DNA of 64,000 nt, taken from positions 342,869,402-342,933,401 of the forward strand of contig NC_085841.1 in the NCBI RefSeq assembly GCF_035594765.1, written 5' to 3'. This DNA is from Anolis carolinensis. Its lineage: Eukaryota. A program made the position numbers and the translations under genes. The first letter of the stretch is position 1, and the number at the start of each line of letters is the position of its first letter. The notes under the pieces are model-generated. The model was given only the letters and a program-made list of their open reading frames with translations. It made no database searches and was not told the DNA's origin. Of the stretch, positions 26,990 to 39,639 are shown one piece after another.

Positions 26990-27257
26990 TAGTAGAGTTG
27001 TGTGCGGTATTTGCTTCATCCATTTAATTTGTGTATTCGTTTCGTATCATCTATCCGGATGCATAAAATGAAAGACACCATTTTTGGATGAAACAAACGG
27101 CAAAACAAAAGAGAAAGCTGCACGGACACCATGCTTGCTTTCGTTTTCGGGCTGCGTAACAGTAGTTATTCTGGGACCTTAAGCACGTACTGACAGAAGG
27201 CTGCTTTCCTATTACAGCTGATATGTGCCAAAGGGAGTTAATAATAATATTAATATT

Positions 27258-27520
27258 GACTTCCGGTGCTAGACATGGCGGGTGGCGCATGGAGCTGAGC
27301 TAGCTGCTTCGCTCCGTAGCCTCGTGAGGTAGCCGGGTAGAGCCAGGAGCTCCCCTCTCCCAACGGACTGAGGTTGGAAGAGCAGCTAAGCCCAGGTGAG
27401 CAATCGCGGGTCGGTGTGATCTCCCCCTGCAACGAGGAGAAACCACTGATCCGGGCTCGAAGGGCAAGTGGGCTACAACGAAGGCGAGGTGGGAATTCCC
27501 ACCAATACACCCGATCGATC
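27258..27520 (+). promoter_or_regulatory. L1 internal promoter (CpG-rich; ETS-like ACTTCCGG and YY1-like ACATGGCGG at the 5' end)
   Basis: GACTTCCGGTGCTAGACATGGCGG start, CpG-dense against an AT-rich background. Confidence 0.65.
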
Positions 27521-27961
27521 TGGCATTTTAAAGACTAAGAAGAAGACGGCAGAAGAGTAAGTAATTATTAAGAAAAAATCAAGCACTTTGCGGAGGAGAA
27601 AGGCTCCTGAAAGATCTAAGGATTTAATGGGTTTAAAGAATAGCAAGACCAATGGAAATAGTTAAAAGTTAAAAAAGAAAAAAGAAAAAGGAAAGGACGG
27701 GGAGGAGCCTTGCCGGACCGGAGGCGGAGGAGGCAGAAAGATAAGGCAACACACAAAGAAGGTAAAATTCTAAGAGAAACTCTGCCAGAAGTGGGGAGTA
27801 TTTCCAGAGGGAAAGGAGTAAGAGGCGGACAAGGAAGGGCGGAAGTGACGATTTGAAGCAAGGCAGAAAGGGCAGAAACACCTAATAGAGAGAGAAGGAG
27901 GAGGGGACGCCAGAAGTAGTAAAGAAACAGTGTGAGTGAAGTGGACCAGAGATCTGAGATA

Positions 27962-28112
27962 CAACGAGGAGAAGCAAGGGCGGAAGCAACGCAGAGAAGC
28001 AAGGGTGGAGGCAACGCGGAGAAGCAAGGGTGGAAGCAACGCGGAGAAGCAAGGGCAGAGGCAACGCGGAGAAGCAAGGACGGAGGGAACGCGGAGAAGC
28101 AAGGGCGGAGGC
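27962..28112 (+). repeat. 25-bp tandem repeat (six units) in the L1 5'UTR
   Basis: Unit about CAACGCGGAGAAGCAAGGGCGGAGG. Confidence 0.9.
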
Positions 28113-28530
28113 ATCAAAGAGGAATAAATGAAAGAAGACTAAGTAGGAAAGACAGGGAGGGGGACATAAGGAAATTGGAGCAAAATAAAAGAGAAAAAAA
28201 TTAATTAATTAAAATAAAATTAATTTTAAAAAAGGGGGATAAAGGGGGCAGAAAGACAGTTACAACATACAATAATTAATTAATAAGAGGGATGTGGATT
28301 TAATTAATTATATCAGAGATTCCAAAGCAATTAGCAACTAATCAATTAATTAAAAGACTCAGTATTAAGGGACTCATCTTATGAATGAATTTTGGGGAGA
28401 CTTATCAAATATACCATAAATTAACTGGAAAAAATATTATTGATTTATTCAATCTGAAAAACACTGTGATAAAATAATGATGTGCTGAATTAATAACGTA
28501 GAAAATTAGCTGAGTAAGGTAAGGGGAATA

Positions 28531-29673
28531 ATGGCAACCCCCAAGATGAAACCGGAGAGGAAACAGACTACAATAACCCTAACACAAAGAAGGAACTCTA
28601 TAGCAGGCCCACCAGGCTTCTCAGGAGGGTCAGAGGAGATAAATTTGAGGGATGTTCTTGTAGAAATCCAGAAGCTTTCAAATAAGATAGACAAAATTGA
28701 TTCAAACCAAAAAGATGCCCAAGAACAATTACTATCAATAAGAAAGGATATGAAAGAGGAATTTAGCGCCATCAAAAAAGAGGTGAAGGAGGTGAAAGAG
28801 GAAATCAAAGAGGTGAAAAAGGATTGCTTTAAGTTGGAAACAGAACAAAGGGATATCAAAAAAACAATAGACAAACTAGAGGATTGGAATGCAAATCTAG
28901 ATTTAAAACAAGAACTCCTTGAACAACGAGAGATGGAATATCAATTAAGACTAAGAAATGTTAAAGAAGATCCCAAAGAAAATCTTAGGAAGATAATAGT
29001 AGGATTAACAGCAGAAGTGTTGAAAGTATCGACAGAACAAATGCAACAAGATTTGGACAGGGTATATAGAATTAATACCAATTATGCTAGGAGGAACAAA
29101 ACCCCATGAGATATAATAGCCCACTTTAACAGGAAGTCGGTAAGGGATGAAATTCTATTGAGAAATGGACAGAACCCCCTATACTATAATCAGACGAGAG
29201 TAATAGTGATGAAGGAATTTCCGCAGACCACCTTGAATAAAAGACGAAAATATACCTTTCTGACAGAGGAATTGAAAAAAAGACAAATCAGATTCAGATG
29301 GGAACGGGTTGAGGGCCTCTCGTTACCGTTTCATGAGACAAAATACTGGCTAACATCAGAGGCAAAGGCTAAAGACTTTTATGAAAAGTTGTTAAAAGAG
29401 TCAAAGAAGGAGAAAGATGGTGAAGGATGGAAAGAATTGAAAGGAAGTACGAAACAACAAAGTAAAGAAGGAGGAGTAAGTGAACAAGGGAAACCAGGAA
29501 AGAGACAATGATTGAAATCTCCAGAAGACTACAGTCAGACGACTGAAAAGACGGTAGGAGGGCCTATGATACCAATACAGGGAGAGGACGAAAGGGAAGA
29601 CGAAGTAGAGGAGGAAGAGGAGTTGGAAGAGGAGGAGAAGGAGGAAGAAGAAGTGACCCATGATGGATTATAA
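28531..29673 (+). pseudogene. L1 ORF1 (coiled coil, RRM, CTD, acidic tail) with two in-frame TGA stops
   Basis: Heptad-rich K/E region; QLRLRNVKE and DRVYRI..TP*DIIAHF motifs; TGA at 29107 and 29509; the same frame continues to TAA 29671-29673. Confidence 0.88.
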
Positions 29674-32600
29674 AAATCTACATAAACAATGTAAATGGCT
29701 TGAACTCGCCGAACAAGAGGAGGAAAATTTTTAACCAATTGAAAAAAGAGAAATACAGTGTAATCCTACTGCAGGAAACCCATATAGCTGAAAGACATGC
29801 AGCACACTTACATAATGAAGATTTGGGGAAAGTATTTTACTCATTAGCTCAGGAAAAAAGAGAGGGGTTGCAATCTATGTAAATGAAAGAATAAAAGCAG
29901 AATTGGCCTTTAAAGACAAGGAGGGGAGATTTATTGGCATCTTTATTGAAATGGGAAGCAAGAAAATTTTGGTATGTAACATTTACTCCCCAAACGGATC
30001 AAAGACAGAATTCGGAAGAAGATTAAAACAGGAAATTACAAAATCCGAAGCTGAGGAAATGTTGATAGCAGGAGACTACAATGGGATATTAGACCCAACC
30101 AAGGATAGGAGCAGCAAAGGCAAACACACAAAGGAAATGAGACAAGGGAAGCTTCCCATTTCTATGATGTCATTACAAGATGAATTTAACCTTAAAGACA
30201 TATGGAGGGAAAGACATCCGAATGAAAGGGATTATACTTTTTACTCCGACAGGCACCAGTCATGGACGCGAATAGATATGATTTGGGCATCCAACACCCT
30301 GACGACCATGGCCAATACAGTAAGAATTCTTCCTAGATTAGACTCGGACCATTGCCCGATGGAATTACAATTAAAAGAAACCACTAGAAAGTGGACCTGG
30401 AAGCTCAACAATAATCTATTAAACTCGGAAGAGGACATCCAAATAAATAAAAAAATATTAAAAGAATACTTTGCTAACAATGAGAAACAAGAGATATCAC
30501 AACAAATAATATGGGACGCAAGCAAGGCAGTTATGCGAGGCCATCTGATACAACAAAACGCATGGAGAAATAAGAAGAAAAAGGAAGAGGAAAAGAAAGT
30601 TATAGAAGCAATAGGAAAGGCGGAGAAGGAATTGAAAAAAGCCCCTAGAGACATCAAAATAAAAGAAAAATTAGATTTACTACAAAAACAGAGGATATTC
30701 CTGGAAACTGAAGAGACCTCGAAAAAACTAAAGTTCATAAAACAATATAATTTCGAAAATGCGAATAAGCCAGGGAAATGGCTAGCAAGAAAATTAAGAA
30801 GAAAAAGGCAAAAGTTGCACATAACAAAAATAGTGGAAGAAGGGAAGACTTATGCAAATGACACAGAGATTATAAAGCAATTCAACAAATTTTATAAAAA
30901 ATTGTATTCTAAAGAGGTAATAGATAAGGAGGAAGTTCAAAAATACATCAGCAATCGGAAACTTAAAAAAACAACAGAACAACAGAGAGAATTCTTGAAT
31001 AGGGAAATATCGGAAAAGGAGATCGACCAAGCAATCATGAAATTAGACAATTCCAAAGCTCCGGGGCCAGATGGATACACGGCGGTGTATTACAAAAAGT
31101 TAAAAGAGGAACTGATACCTAACCTTAAAAAAATTATGAATGAAGCTCTAAACAATCAAATAATACCTGAATCCTGGAAGGAAGCCAATATAGTTATGAT
31201 TGCTAAGGAAGACAAAGACCCAAATAACGTAAGAAACTATAGACCAATTTCTCTATTAAATGTTGACTATAAAATATATGCAAATATCTTAGCAGAAAGA
31301 TTGAAAATGTTTTTACAAGAGTGGATTCAAAAAGACCAAACCGGTTTCCTGCCACAGAGAGACATTAAGGACAATTTAAGAACAATACTTGACATAATAG
31401 AATACTATGAATCAAACAATCAGAAAGAATTGGCGCTGATATTTCTGGACGCGGAAAAAGCCTTCGATAACTTGAATTGGGACTGTATTGAAATTTTATT
31501 AAGAGAATTGGATATGGGCTTTTACTTTATCAATGGAATTAAATCAATCTATAAAGAACAAACGGCAAAAATTTCAGTAAATGGGCAGGAAGGAAGCAAA
31601 ATCAAGATTGGCAAAGGTACAAGACAAGGATGCCCTTTATCGCCACTACTCTTCATTATGGTCCTGGAACTCCTGTTAAATTCTATAAGAGAGGATGAAA
31701 ACTTGCAAGGCACAAAGATCAGAAAAGATATATACAAGATAAGGGCATTTGCTGATGATGTGGTATGCATCGTAGAAAATCCAAATTTAAACATCAACGA
31801 TTGGCTGCAAAAAATAGAAACCTATAGTCGAATAGCGGGCTTTAAAATTAACAAAGAAAAAACAAAAATTTTAGTAAAAAATATGTCTAAAACAAAGCAA
31901 CAAAAATTACAGGAAGTATCAGGACTAGAGATCACAAAGAAAATAAAATAGGAATCTACCTCACGGCTAAAAATGCACAACTTTTGAAAAACAATTATGA
32001 AGAGACCTGGAAGAATATACAAAAAGACTTGAAAAAATGGTCTTTCTTAAACTTATCATTGCTAGGAAGAATTGCAACAATTAAAATGAACGTCCTTCCA
32101 AAACTGCTTTATTTATTTAGAACAATCCCAATAATTAGAAATAATAAAATATTTAAAAATTGGAGCACTGAACTATCCAAATTTATTTGGCAGGGGAAAA
32201 AACCAAGGGAAAAAATGCTAAATTTGACGGACGAAAAGAAAAGAGGAGGTCTAGGTCTTCCGGATCTACAACTATACTATGAGGCAAGTGCATTAGGTTG
32301 GGTTAAAGACTGGGCAACTTTAAAAGACAAATCGATGCTAAATTTGGAAGGATTCGATCTGAGAACAGGGTGGCATGCCTACATGTGGTATGATAAGAAG
32401 AAATTGGAAAAAAAATTAGGAAACCATTTTATTAGAGCAGCCCTTATTAAAGTATGGGAATAATACAAACGAAATTTCTACACAAGAACACCAAGATGGA
32501 TATCACCCCTGGAGGCATGCCACAGAAGACAAACTCCAAGAAGGAATTGGCTAACTTATAATGACATAATTAGAAAAAGAGAGGGGAAGTGGACACTTAA

Positions 32601-33411
32601 ATCACAGGAAGAAATGAAGAAAATAGACCAAGAGATTTCGTGGTTCCAATACTTTCAAATAAAGGAGTACTTCAATCAGGATAACAGAATTGGCTTTGAG
32701 GAAAATGAAACAACATGGGATAGAATTATGAAATCGGATAAGAAAATAATATCGAAATTATACAATAAACTTCTGGAATGGTCAACGTTGACGGAAGGAG
32801 TAAAAGACTGTATGAGCATGTGGGCAAAGGATGTAGGCCATACGATAATGTTAGAAGACTGGGAAAAAATGTGGACAATTAAAAATAAATGGACATATGC
32901 ACAGGATTTAAAGGAAAATTGGACCAAGATGATGTACAGGTGGTACATTACACCCCAAAAATTGGCAAAAATGTACCCAAAACTGAGCGACAAATGTTGG
33001 AAATGTGAAGAAAAAACGGGGACATTTATACATATGTGGTGGAACTGCAGAACGGCTAAGAAATATTGGTCAGAGATTCATGAAGAGATACAGAAAATCT
33101 TAAAGGTAAAAATTTGATTGAAGCCAGAATACTATTTGCTGGGAATAATTGATGATAAAATGGTAGAAAACAAAGAGAAACTCTTTCATTTTCTATCAAC
33201 GGCGGCCAGGATTAATTATGCCAAAGTGTGGAGATCAAAGGAGAAACCAACAATAGATCAATGGATTTTGAAGATAATGGACATTATGAATATGGATGTA
33301 CTGACCCAAACATTAAAACACTTCCAAGGAGTGAAATGCAAAAAAATAGACTGGTCACCATTAAAGAAATATATGTTGCAGAGGAAAATGAAAATGATAA
33401 TAACGATCTAG
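29660..33411 (+). pseudogene. L1 ORF2 (APE endonuclease, RT, CCHC) with frameshifts near 29675, 29858 and 31950 and stops at 32461 and 33115
   Basis: NVNG, LQETH, IYSPN, GDYN, RIDMIW, SDH; PGPDG, YRPISLLN, LDAEKAFD, GTRQGCPLSP, FADD; CWKC..HMWWNC. Confidence 0.95.
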
Positions 33412-33706
33412 AAGAGAACGTAAGAATGAAACAAAACAAGGTCTAGATAAGAGTAGGGGAAGCCACAGTGAACATTAAAGATGCGAAAAGAATAGGCCGC
33501 AAAGAAGGAGATTGGAAGTAGACGATACCCCTTCCCTCCCCCCGTTTCCCCGTACCCCACTATCCCTGGAGTTAGACATATAGTATAGAGTAGATAGACC
33601 CACAGAGTAGTCCTATCCTTTCCTACTTTCCTATCCCTACGATTGTTCCCCCACTTTTTAATGTATTACTTTTGGAAAAGAGGTTTCACAATAAAAATCT
33701 ACAGAA

Positions 33707-33707
<1 letters not shown>

Positions 33708-33754
<47 letters not shown>
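33708..33754. repeat. (AAT)n at the L1 3' end
   Basis: about 15 units. Confidence 0.95.
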
Positions 33755-33755
<1 letters not shown>

Positions 33756-34449
33756 TTGATAGCAATAGTTACTCTGGGACCCTAAGCAGGGTCTGACAGA
33801 GGGCTGCTTTCCCATTACAGCTGATGTGTACCAATGGGTTTTAATAATAATATTTATTATTATTATTAATAATATTCATTAAGGCAAGGCAGGCAGAGCA
33901 GATGGGAAGCCTCCAGTTCTTCCCACGGTGGCATTAGGCTCTCAAGAAATCCAGCGGCCCTCATGAAGATGGAGGATGAGGAGCAGGAGGAGGAAGCACT
34001 TCCTCAGAGACATGGCCTATATTTTAGCTGTCATGGCCAACCTGCTGGGAGAAGACGGGATGGAAATGCTTTGAAAGGGGATTTCATTTATAAAAAGAAA
34101 AAAAATTGCTAAAAATCGGGGGAAGACCCGAATGTTTTAAAAGTTGGTGGGCTGAAAGGAGTCAATATGCCTCTGAGTGTGCTGAATTTCACCCATCTGG
34201 CCCTAAAACGGAGCGGGGGGGGGGGGGGGAGCCTCGGAAACCCTACCATTGCTGCCAATGGTCCAAAAATTTTCATTTTGTCATGAGACAAAAATTCTAT
34301 TCGTATAGGCGCCCCGTTTTTGGAAATGGGGACAAATACAAAAATGAGACAAAACAAATGAAACTAAACAAAACGAACAGCGATTCCATACAAATGCACA
34401 CCACTACCAAATAGTGTGCTAGTTGCCTCCCTAAGTTTGGTAACAAGTG

Positions 34450-34742
34450 GCAGACCAAGACCCCAAAATTACTGCCAAAGTTGCCAGCTTTTGTGCAGCA
34501 GCGATAGCTTGTCGGTGCAAGATGTTGCCAATGTTTTAGTAGGTTTTAATATTTACTTCAGCATTTACCTTTGTCATTTTAGCATATAAATGTTTTATAT
34601 CATTTTAACTACCACATTCAATACTGTGTTTTAACCTTATTCTTCACCGTGTTTCTTAATATCTATTGCATATGTTTCTATGCTATTCTGATGCTTGTAC
34701 ATTTTCTCTTGCTGGTCATCAACTGTAATAAATAAATATAAG
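34450..34742 (+). mobile_element. Short 5'-truncated LINE 3' end (RTE-X-like) with a 48-bp flanking duplication
   Basis: ORF tail DPKITAKVASFCAAAIACR, AT-rich UTR ending GCTGGTC..TGTAATAAATAAAT; direct repeats 34402-34449 and 34743-34790. Confidence 0.6.
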
Positions 34743-36770
34743 CACCACCAAATAGTGTGCTAGATGCCTCCCTAAGGTTGGTAAGAAGTGTGTTACTAAG
34801 TTCTGCAGGATTGCAAACAATGTTTCCTCAAAGCACATTACAAGTTTTTCACAACAGTTAGCCATGGGTTGCATATATAGGCTCTCTGGACTTGTATCCA
34901 AAAGACTTCTCGCCATTTGGAATAATTCTCTTGGGAGTGAGATTGAGAATACAATCCTAGAGGGGTGATGTGATTTTTGGCCTGACTCATGGTAGGTACA
35001 AAGAGGCGTCTTTGTTGATTTCAGCTTGCATTCACTCCAGGATCTACACTACCTGCTCTCTAGCCTTTGGCCAGCCTGATTCATTGCTTGTCAGTTTTGT
35101 GTGAACCAAGATGAATTACAAGCTCCACCACACTGTACTGGGCACTTAAGGAGTGATTGTATCAAGGCTCCTTTCCATCCTTCCATTCCATAGTGAAACC
35201 AAGACCTCAATAGAACCTCCAGCACTAGGTAGCAACACACACTAGTTAGTCCTGACTCACTAGTTAAAGACTTTTATAAAGAGTATATTTGGCTCTCCAT
35301 GTTTAATGTCTTGTTGCAGATTTGATTCTTCATGATTTTGATGAATGTAGTGTCTTTAAGAATTTCTAAATCCTATAATGCAATTCTATGGTGAACTTCC
35401 AAAGGAACGTGACCAGTTGCACCAGAGAACCTAGAGATGCCTACAAAGATGTTCTCACAGGTAAAAAAACAAACATTTTAATGCATTGTTTTTCTACTTT
35501 TGTAGGGGTCCCGCACCCCAACTCTGCAAAAATGGAGGGCCTACTGTATTATATGTTTGAAAGTGCAAACACACTTTCCTTGCTGCAAGTCCCATTGAGC
35601 TTAGTACTATTTAGTTAAGTATTATGGATGGTATTAACACAACATTCAGCTGTGTTGTGATATCCATTTCACTGTTTTCAGTGTTATTACCATGGTATGA
35701 ATGAGGAAGAATAAAAATTATGTGTAATCAGACTAACAGAAACCCAATTATTACCAAACACACACACACAAACATATATTTCTTGTTTGTAAGATAAGTG
35801 GCCTATTCATATGACCATCTGAAAAATGCTAGTATATTTGGGGATGAGGAAGTGGGTGGATAATTGGCAAGGAACTTTTTCTGAACCTGTCATTGGGAAT
35901 TGAATGTCCTTTGGCTGTACTGATGGGAGCAAGCGTGTGACGCATGGATGGAAAAAGCTGTCAGTTCATTACCAAAATATATAAGGCCTCACTTTTAATT
36001 ATTCACTTAGTAGCAGATTAGATCGTATTGGCTGCCAACAGGTTCACCTTTACACTCCTTAAGGTCAGCATAAATCAAAAGAAATCAGATGAGCTTGGAC
36101 TGGCCATAGCAACTTCTAACCCTTTCATAAGTAAATCTAGTTACAAAAAAAGAAAAAGGAAAATAGAAAGGGGGAAGCAGGACTCTGCTCCATAAAGAAA
36201 CCATTATTAACTCTAAAGAGCCAAATTTCCTGTTTTTTTAACTGCACAGCCTCAAGTTATATTCCAGGAAAAAGGTCCAATATTGTTTTCTTTTTGAAAT
36301 AAAGAAGAAAATTAGTGTCAGAAACACAAGCTTGCCTTATAGGTTCTCGATATGAATGAAGCCTTCCAGGTTCTGCACTTGAAGTATTAACTTCACTAAA
36401 CAGTACAAAATGGCATTTGTCATGTTGAATTTAGCTACCTCAGTTGGACATAGTTCTGCTGAGCACAGGCATGTATGGCCTTTTTTCACTAGGTATTGTC
36501 CTAATTATGGCAAGGAATGCACATACAAACTATAATATTCATGGCTGGACCAACAAATTAACAAATGGGACATTTGTCCCAGATGTTCATTTTGTAAAAG
36601 CAACAAAGAACTGAACATGGTGAAACCCCAGCTCCTGATAGTTAACAAACAACAGAAACACAGTTTGATAGTCTGGATCACCAATTTGACTATTCCAAAA
36701 AGTTCTGCATCTATTGTGCCTTAGGAGGATATTCCTACATTAATAAATCCTTTTATACACATTGGTATAT

Positions 36771-37598
36771 TGATTGAGCATTCCTAATCTTGAAATTTCA
36801 AAATCCGAAATACTCCAAAATCTGAAAACGTCCATGGGTTGCTAAGATAGTGACATCTTTGCTTTCTGTTAGACCAATGTGCACAAACTTTGTTTTATAT
36901 ACTTCATTATTAAAATACAGTATATAAAATTACCTTCAGTCTCTGTGAACAAGGTGTATATGAAACATAAATGTATTCATGTTTAGATTTGGGTTCCATA
37001 TTAAAAACATTATTTATTTATTTATTTATTTATTTACAGTATTTATATTCCGCCCTTCTCACCCCGAAGGGGACTCAGGGCAGATCACATTATGTACATA
37101 TAGGGCAAACATTCAATGCCCATAAACACATCAAACCGAGACAGAGACAACAGACAGACAGACACAAAGGCAATTTAACCTTCTGGGGGGGATGTTCGAT
37201 TCTGGCCACAGGGGGGAGCAGCTGCTTCATCATCCACTCTGATGGCACTTCCTCATTCCAACGTTGTAAATTAGTTAAATTTGCCTCCCCACTTTTTATA
37301 AGTGGTACCTTATTTCCTACTTGATAGATGCAACTATCTTTCGGGTTGCTAGGTCAGCAACGAGCAGGGCTATTTTTTATTTTTAATTGACGGGTGCTCA
37401 CCCCGCCACGGGCTGGCCTCGAACTCATGACCTTTTGGTCAGAGTGATTTATTGCAGCAGCTGTTTACCAGCCTGCGCCACAGCCCGGCCCCAAGATAAA
37501 ATATCTTGTTACTCACATATATGCAAATACAGATATTCCAAAATCCAATTAAAACACTTCTGGTCCCAATCACTTTAAATAAACGATACTCAATCTGT
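36771..37598 (-). mobile_element. Tigger4/MER46-like MITE interrupted by a SINE
   Basis: TTGAGCATTCCTAATC...AAATCCGAAATACTCCAAAATC start; ACACTTCTGGTCCCAA...GATACTCAATCTG end. Confidence 0.75.
37010..37491 (-). mobile_element. L2-tailed tRNA SINE (Anolis SINE2-like), full length
   Basis: Head GGGCCGGGCTGTGGCGCAGG, B box AGTTCGAGGCC, L2-type stem-loop tail and (TAAA)n. Confidence 0.9.
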
Positions 37599-37682
37599 TT
37601 GCCTTAGATATCACTACTGTTTTCCATATTAGTTTTCACCTCTGAGTTTCATAGCAGTAGCACTTTTAAACTTCACAGAATA

Positions 37683-38106
37683 AGCTGCAGAAAAATCCTG
37701 CTGATCAAAAGGATTTCAGTTCGATCCGGGATCGGGGTGAGCACCGGCCATTAGCCCCAGCTCACTTGCCCATCTAGCAGGTCGAAAGCAGAAATGCGGG
37801 TAGATAAATAGGTACTGCTTTTAGCAAGGAGATAATAAAGGCATCCTTAAGGACATTGATTGGAGGAAAGCTCCTCAACATGGAAGATGGAGTGCCCCCC
37901 CCCCCATGGCCGGAATCAAGCACAGCCTCCAAAATGCCAGAAATAAAATAGGAAAAACTGTCTTTTCCTCTGTTTTTGTCATCTGTCCTTGTTAATTGTA
38001 TAATCATTATTGAATGTTTGCCGTATGTGTGTTCTGTAAGCCACTCTGAGTCCCATTCAGGGTGAGAAGGGCAGGTTATAAATAGTGTAAATAAATCAAT
38101 AAATAA
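37683..38106 (+). mobile_element. SINE with Sauria-like 5' half and L2-type tail
   Basis: GTTCGATCCGGGATCGGGGTGAGC..TTAGCCCCAGCT..CTAGCAG..TAGATAAATAGGTAC, then CTGAGTCCCATTCAGGGTGAGAAGGGC..TAAATAAAT. Confidence 0.8.
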
Positions 38107-39639
38107 TACTTAACATTCCTTCCAAACTGACTCCTGATGCCAAGGATTTTGGATAAGAAATACTCAGCTTGCATATAGGTTCACCAGTGTTAGTTTAAGA
38201 CTAGTTCAACTAGACAGATTACAACCTGTGTTCTAAGAGAATAGAATCAGGATCCCATTCAGAAACTTTTGCTGGCACATAATTGAACCTAATTTCCTCC
38301 CTTCCCCTAAATCTCTGTTTGAGAAGGGCTTATTCCCTGAATAGCTTTTTTAAAAGATATTTTTCGAGACAAGTGTGCAGCAAATGTGGCAACTGACAAC
38401 ACATACCTCCTGGCATAGCTGAATTCCCAAAAGCATATTCTAAACCTCTTCCAGTATCTGCACTAGTCACAGTTACTGTTCAGATCCAAACCACGGCAAT
38501 AGTTGCATTTTTGACAAAATATCAATTTTCCTTGAACAATGAATTATATATAAAAAAACAATATTAAGATGTGTAGGCAACCTTGAAAACTCTTGCGTCA
38601 GTTTTAAAAAAATTGATTATTTTACTGAAGCACACATTTCATGAGCCTCAGCCCACTATATCTGAGTTTCACAAAATAGTAAACTGGTAACACAATATGA
38701 GATTTCTCACTGTCTGCTGTAACAGAATAAACAAAGCTACCACACTGAAATTAATATCAATTTCAAGATACACTATTTCCCCTTCCCATCTTTTTTGCTC
38801 CATGTAAGAACGTTGCTGATCAGAAACAAATTGCTTAAAAATTTACTTATGTATCACTGAGAGTATATCTTGATTGTATATTCCCTGCTCTAACATAGCT
38901 ACCAGCAGCATATTTATTGGCCTCATTGCGCATCTATATGAAAATTTCAGAAACGCTCTTGGGATCTCTGCAAACTTGCATTAGCACCAGAACATAACTG
39001 GGGGCTCTTAAACGCAGGAGTACATGTCAGCTTCCCCTTTCCTTCCTGCTTATTTCAGTGGGTCCTTGGGAAAGAAAGAAGAGAAATCTCTCTTGTTTCA
39101 TAAATACAGAGTTCTGATGGGACCACTTTGCTACAGATGCCTATAAAGGTGGAAAGCAGGACCTTCAACAATTTCAAGACATGCTTTTAGTATTTATATA
39201 GGAAAAGCAAACATTACAGGAGGGATGGGAAACCAATAGTCCCCCGTGATTAAATTCCAGCTGCGATCATACTTCAGCATTGAGCATGATGACTAGGCCT
39301 GATGGGAGATAGAGTCCAACCACATTTGGAGTCCATCCATTCCCCATTGTGATGTTACAAATTCAGCTGTTATATGAAAGATAAAGAACAAAACAAGCAG
39401 TTTTTTATGTGATGCTTCATGTGTTATGAGAAAGACAAGTTAGCAATCCTCTACCATATCTCTATGGAAAGACCCAACAAGAGATGACCCATGAAGCCAA
39501 ATGTAACACATCAGGAAAATGCTATTAATTGCCAATGGTGAACACTTGCTGCTTGCTTTTACTCTCCAAGGCAAGAAGCAAAATCCCATTTGCTAAGTCT
39601 CTTTTGGAAGGATGTGTGCAAATCATAGTATCACAAGGA

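Larger units (their letters stand above)
27258..33750 (+). mobile_element. Full-length L1-clade LINE (disabled)
   Basis: CpG-rich 5' end, ORF1, ORF2, 3'UTR with AATAAA, then (AAT)n; shared flank TAATATTGA at 27251-27259 and 33751-33759. Confidence 0.95.
26993..34406. mobile_element. Non-autonomous hAT element interrupted by the L1
   Basis: Termini TAGAGTTGTG / CACACCACTA; TTCGT/ACGAA-type subterminal motifs; 8-bp TSD CCAAATAG (left copy split by the mini-MITE, right copy 34407-34414). Confidence 0.75.

Noticed and set aside
27962-28112. Regular repeats as a CRISPR-like array
   Set aside because: Head-to-tail tandem units with no spacers, inside a vertebrate L1 UTR
35880-36120. Repeat-free stretch that might be a conserved non-coding element
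   Set aside because: Cannot be supported without cross-species alignment
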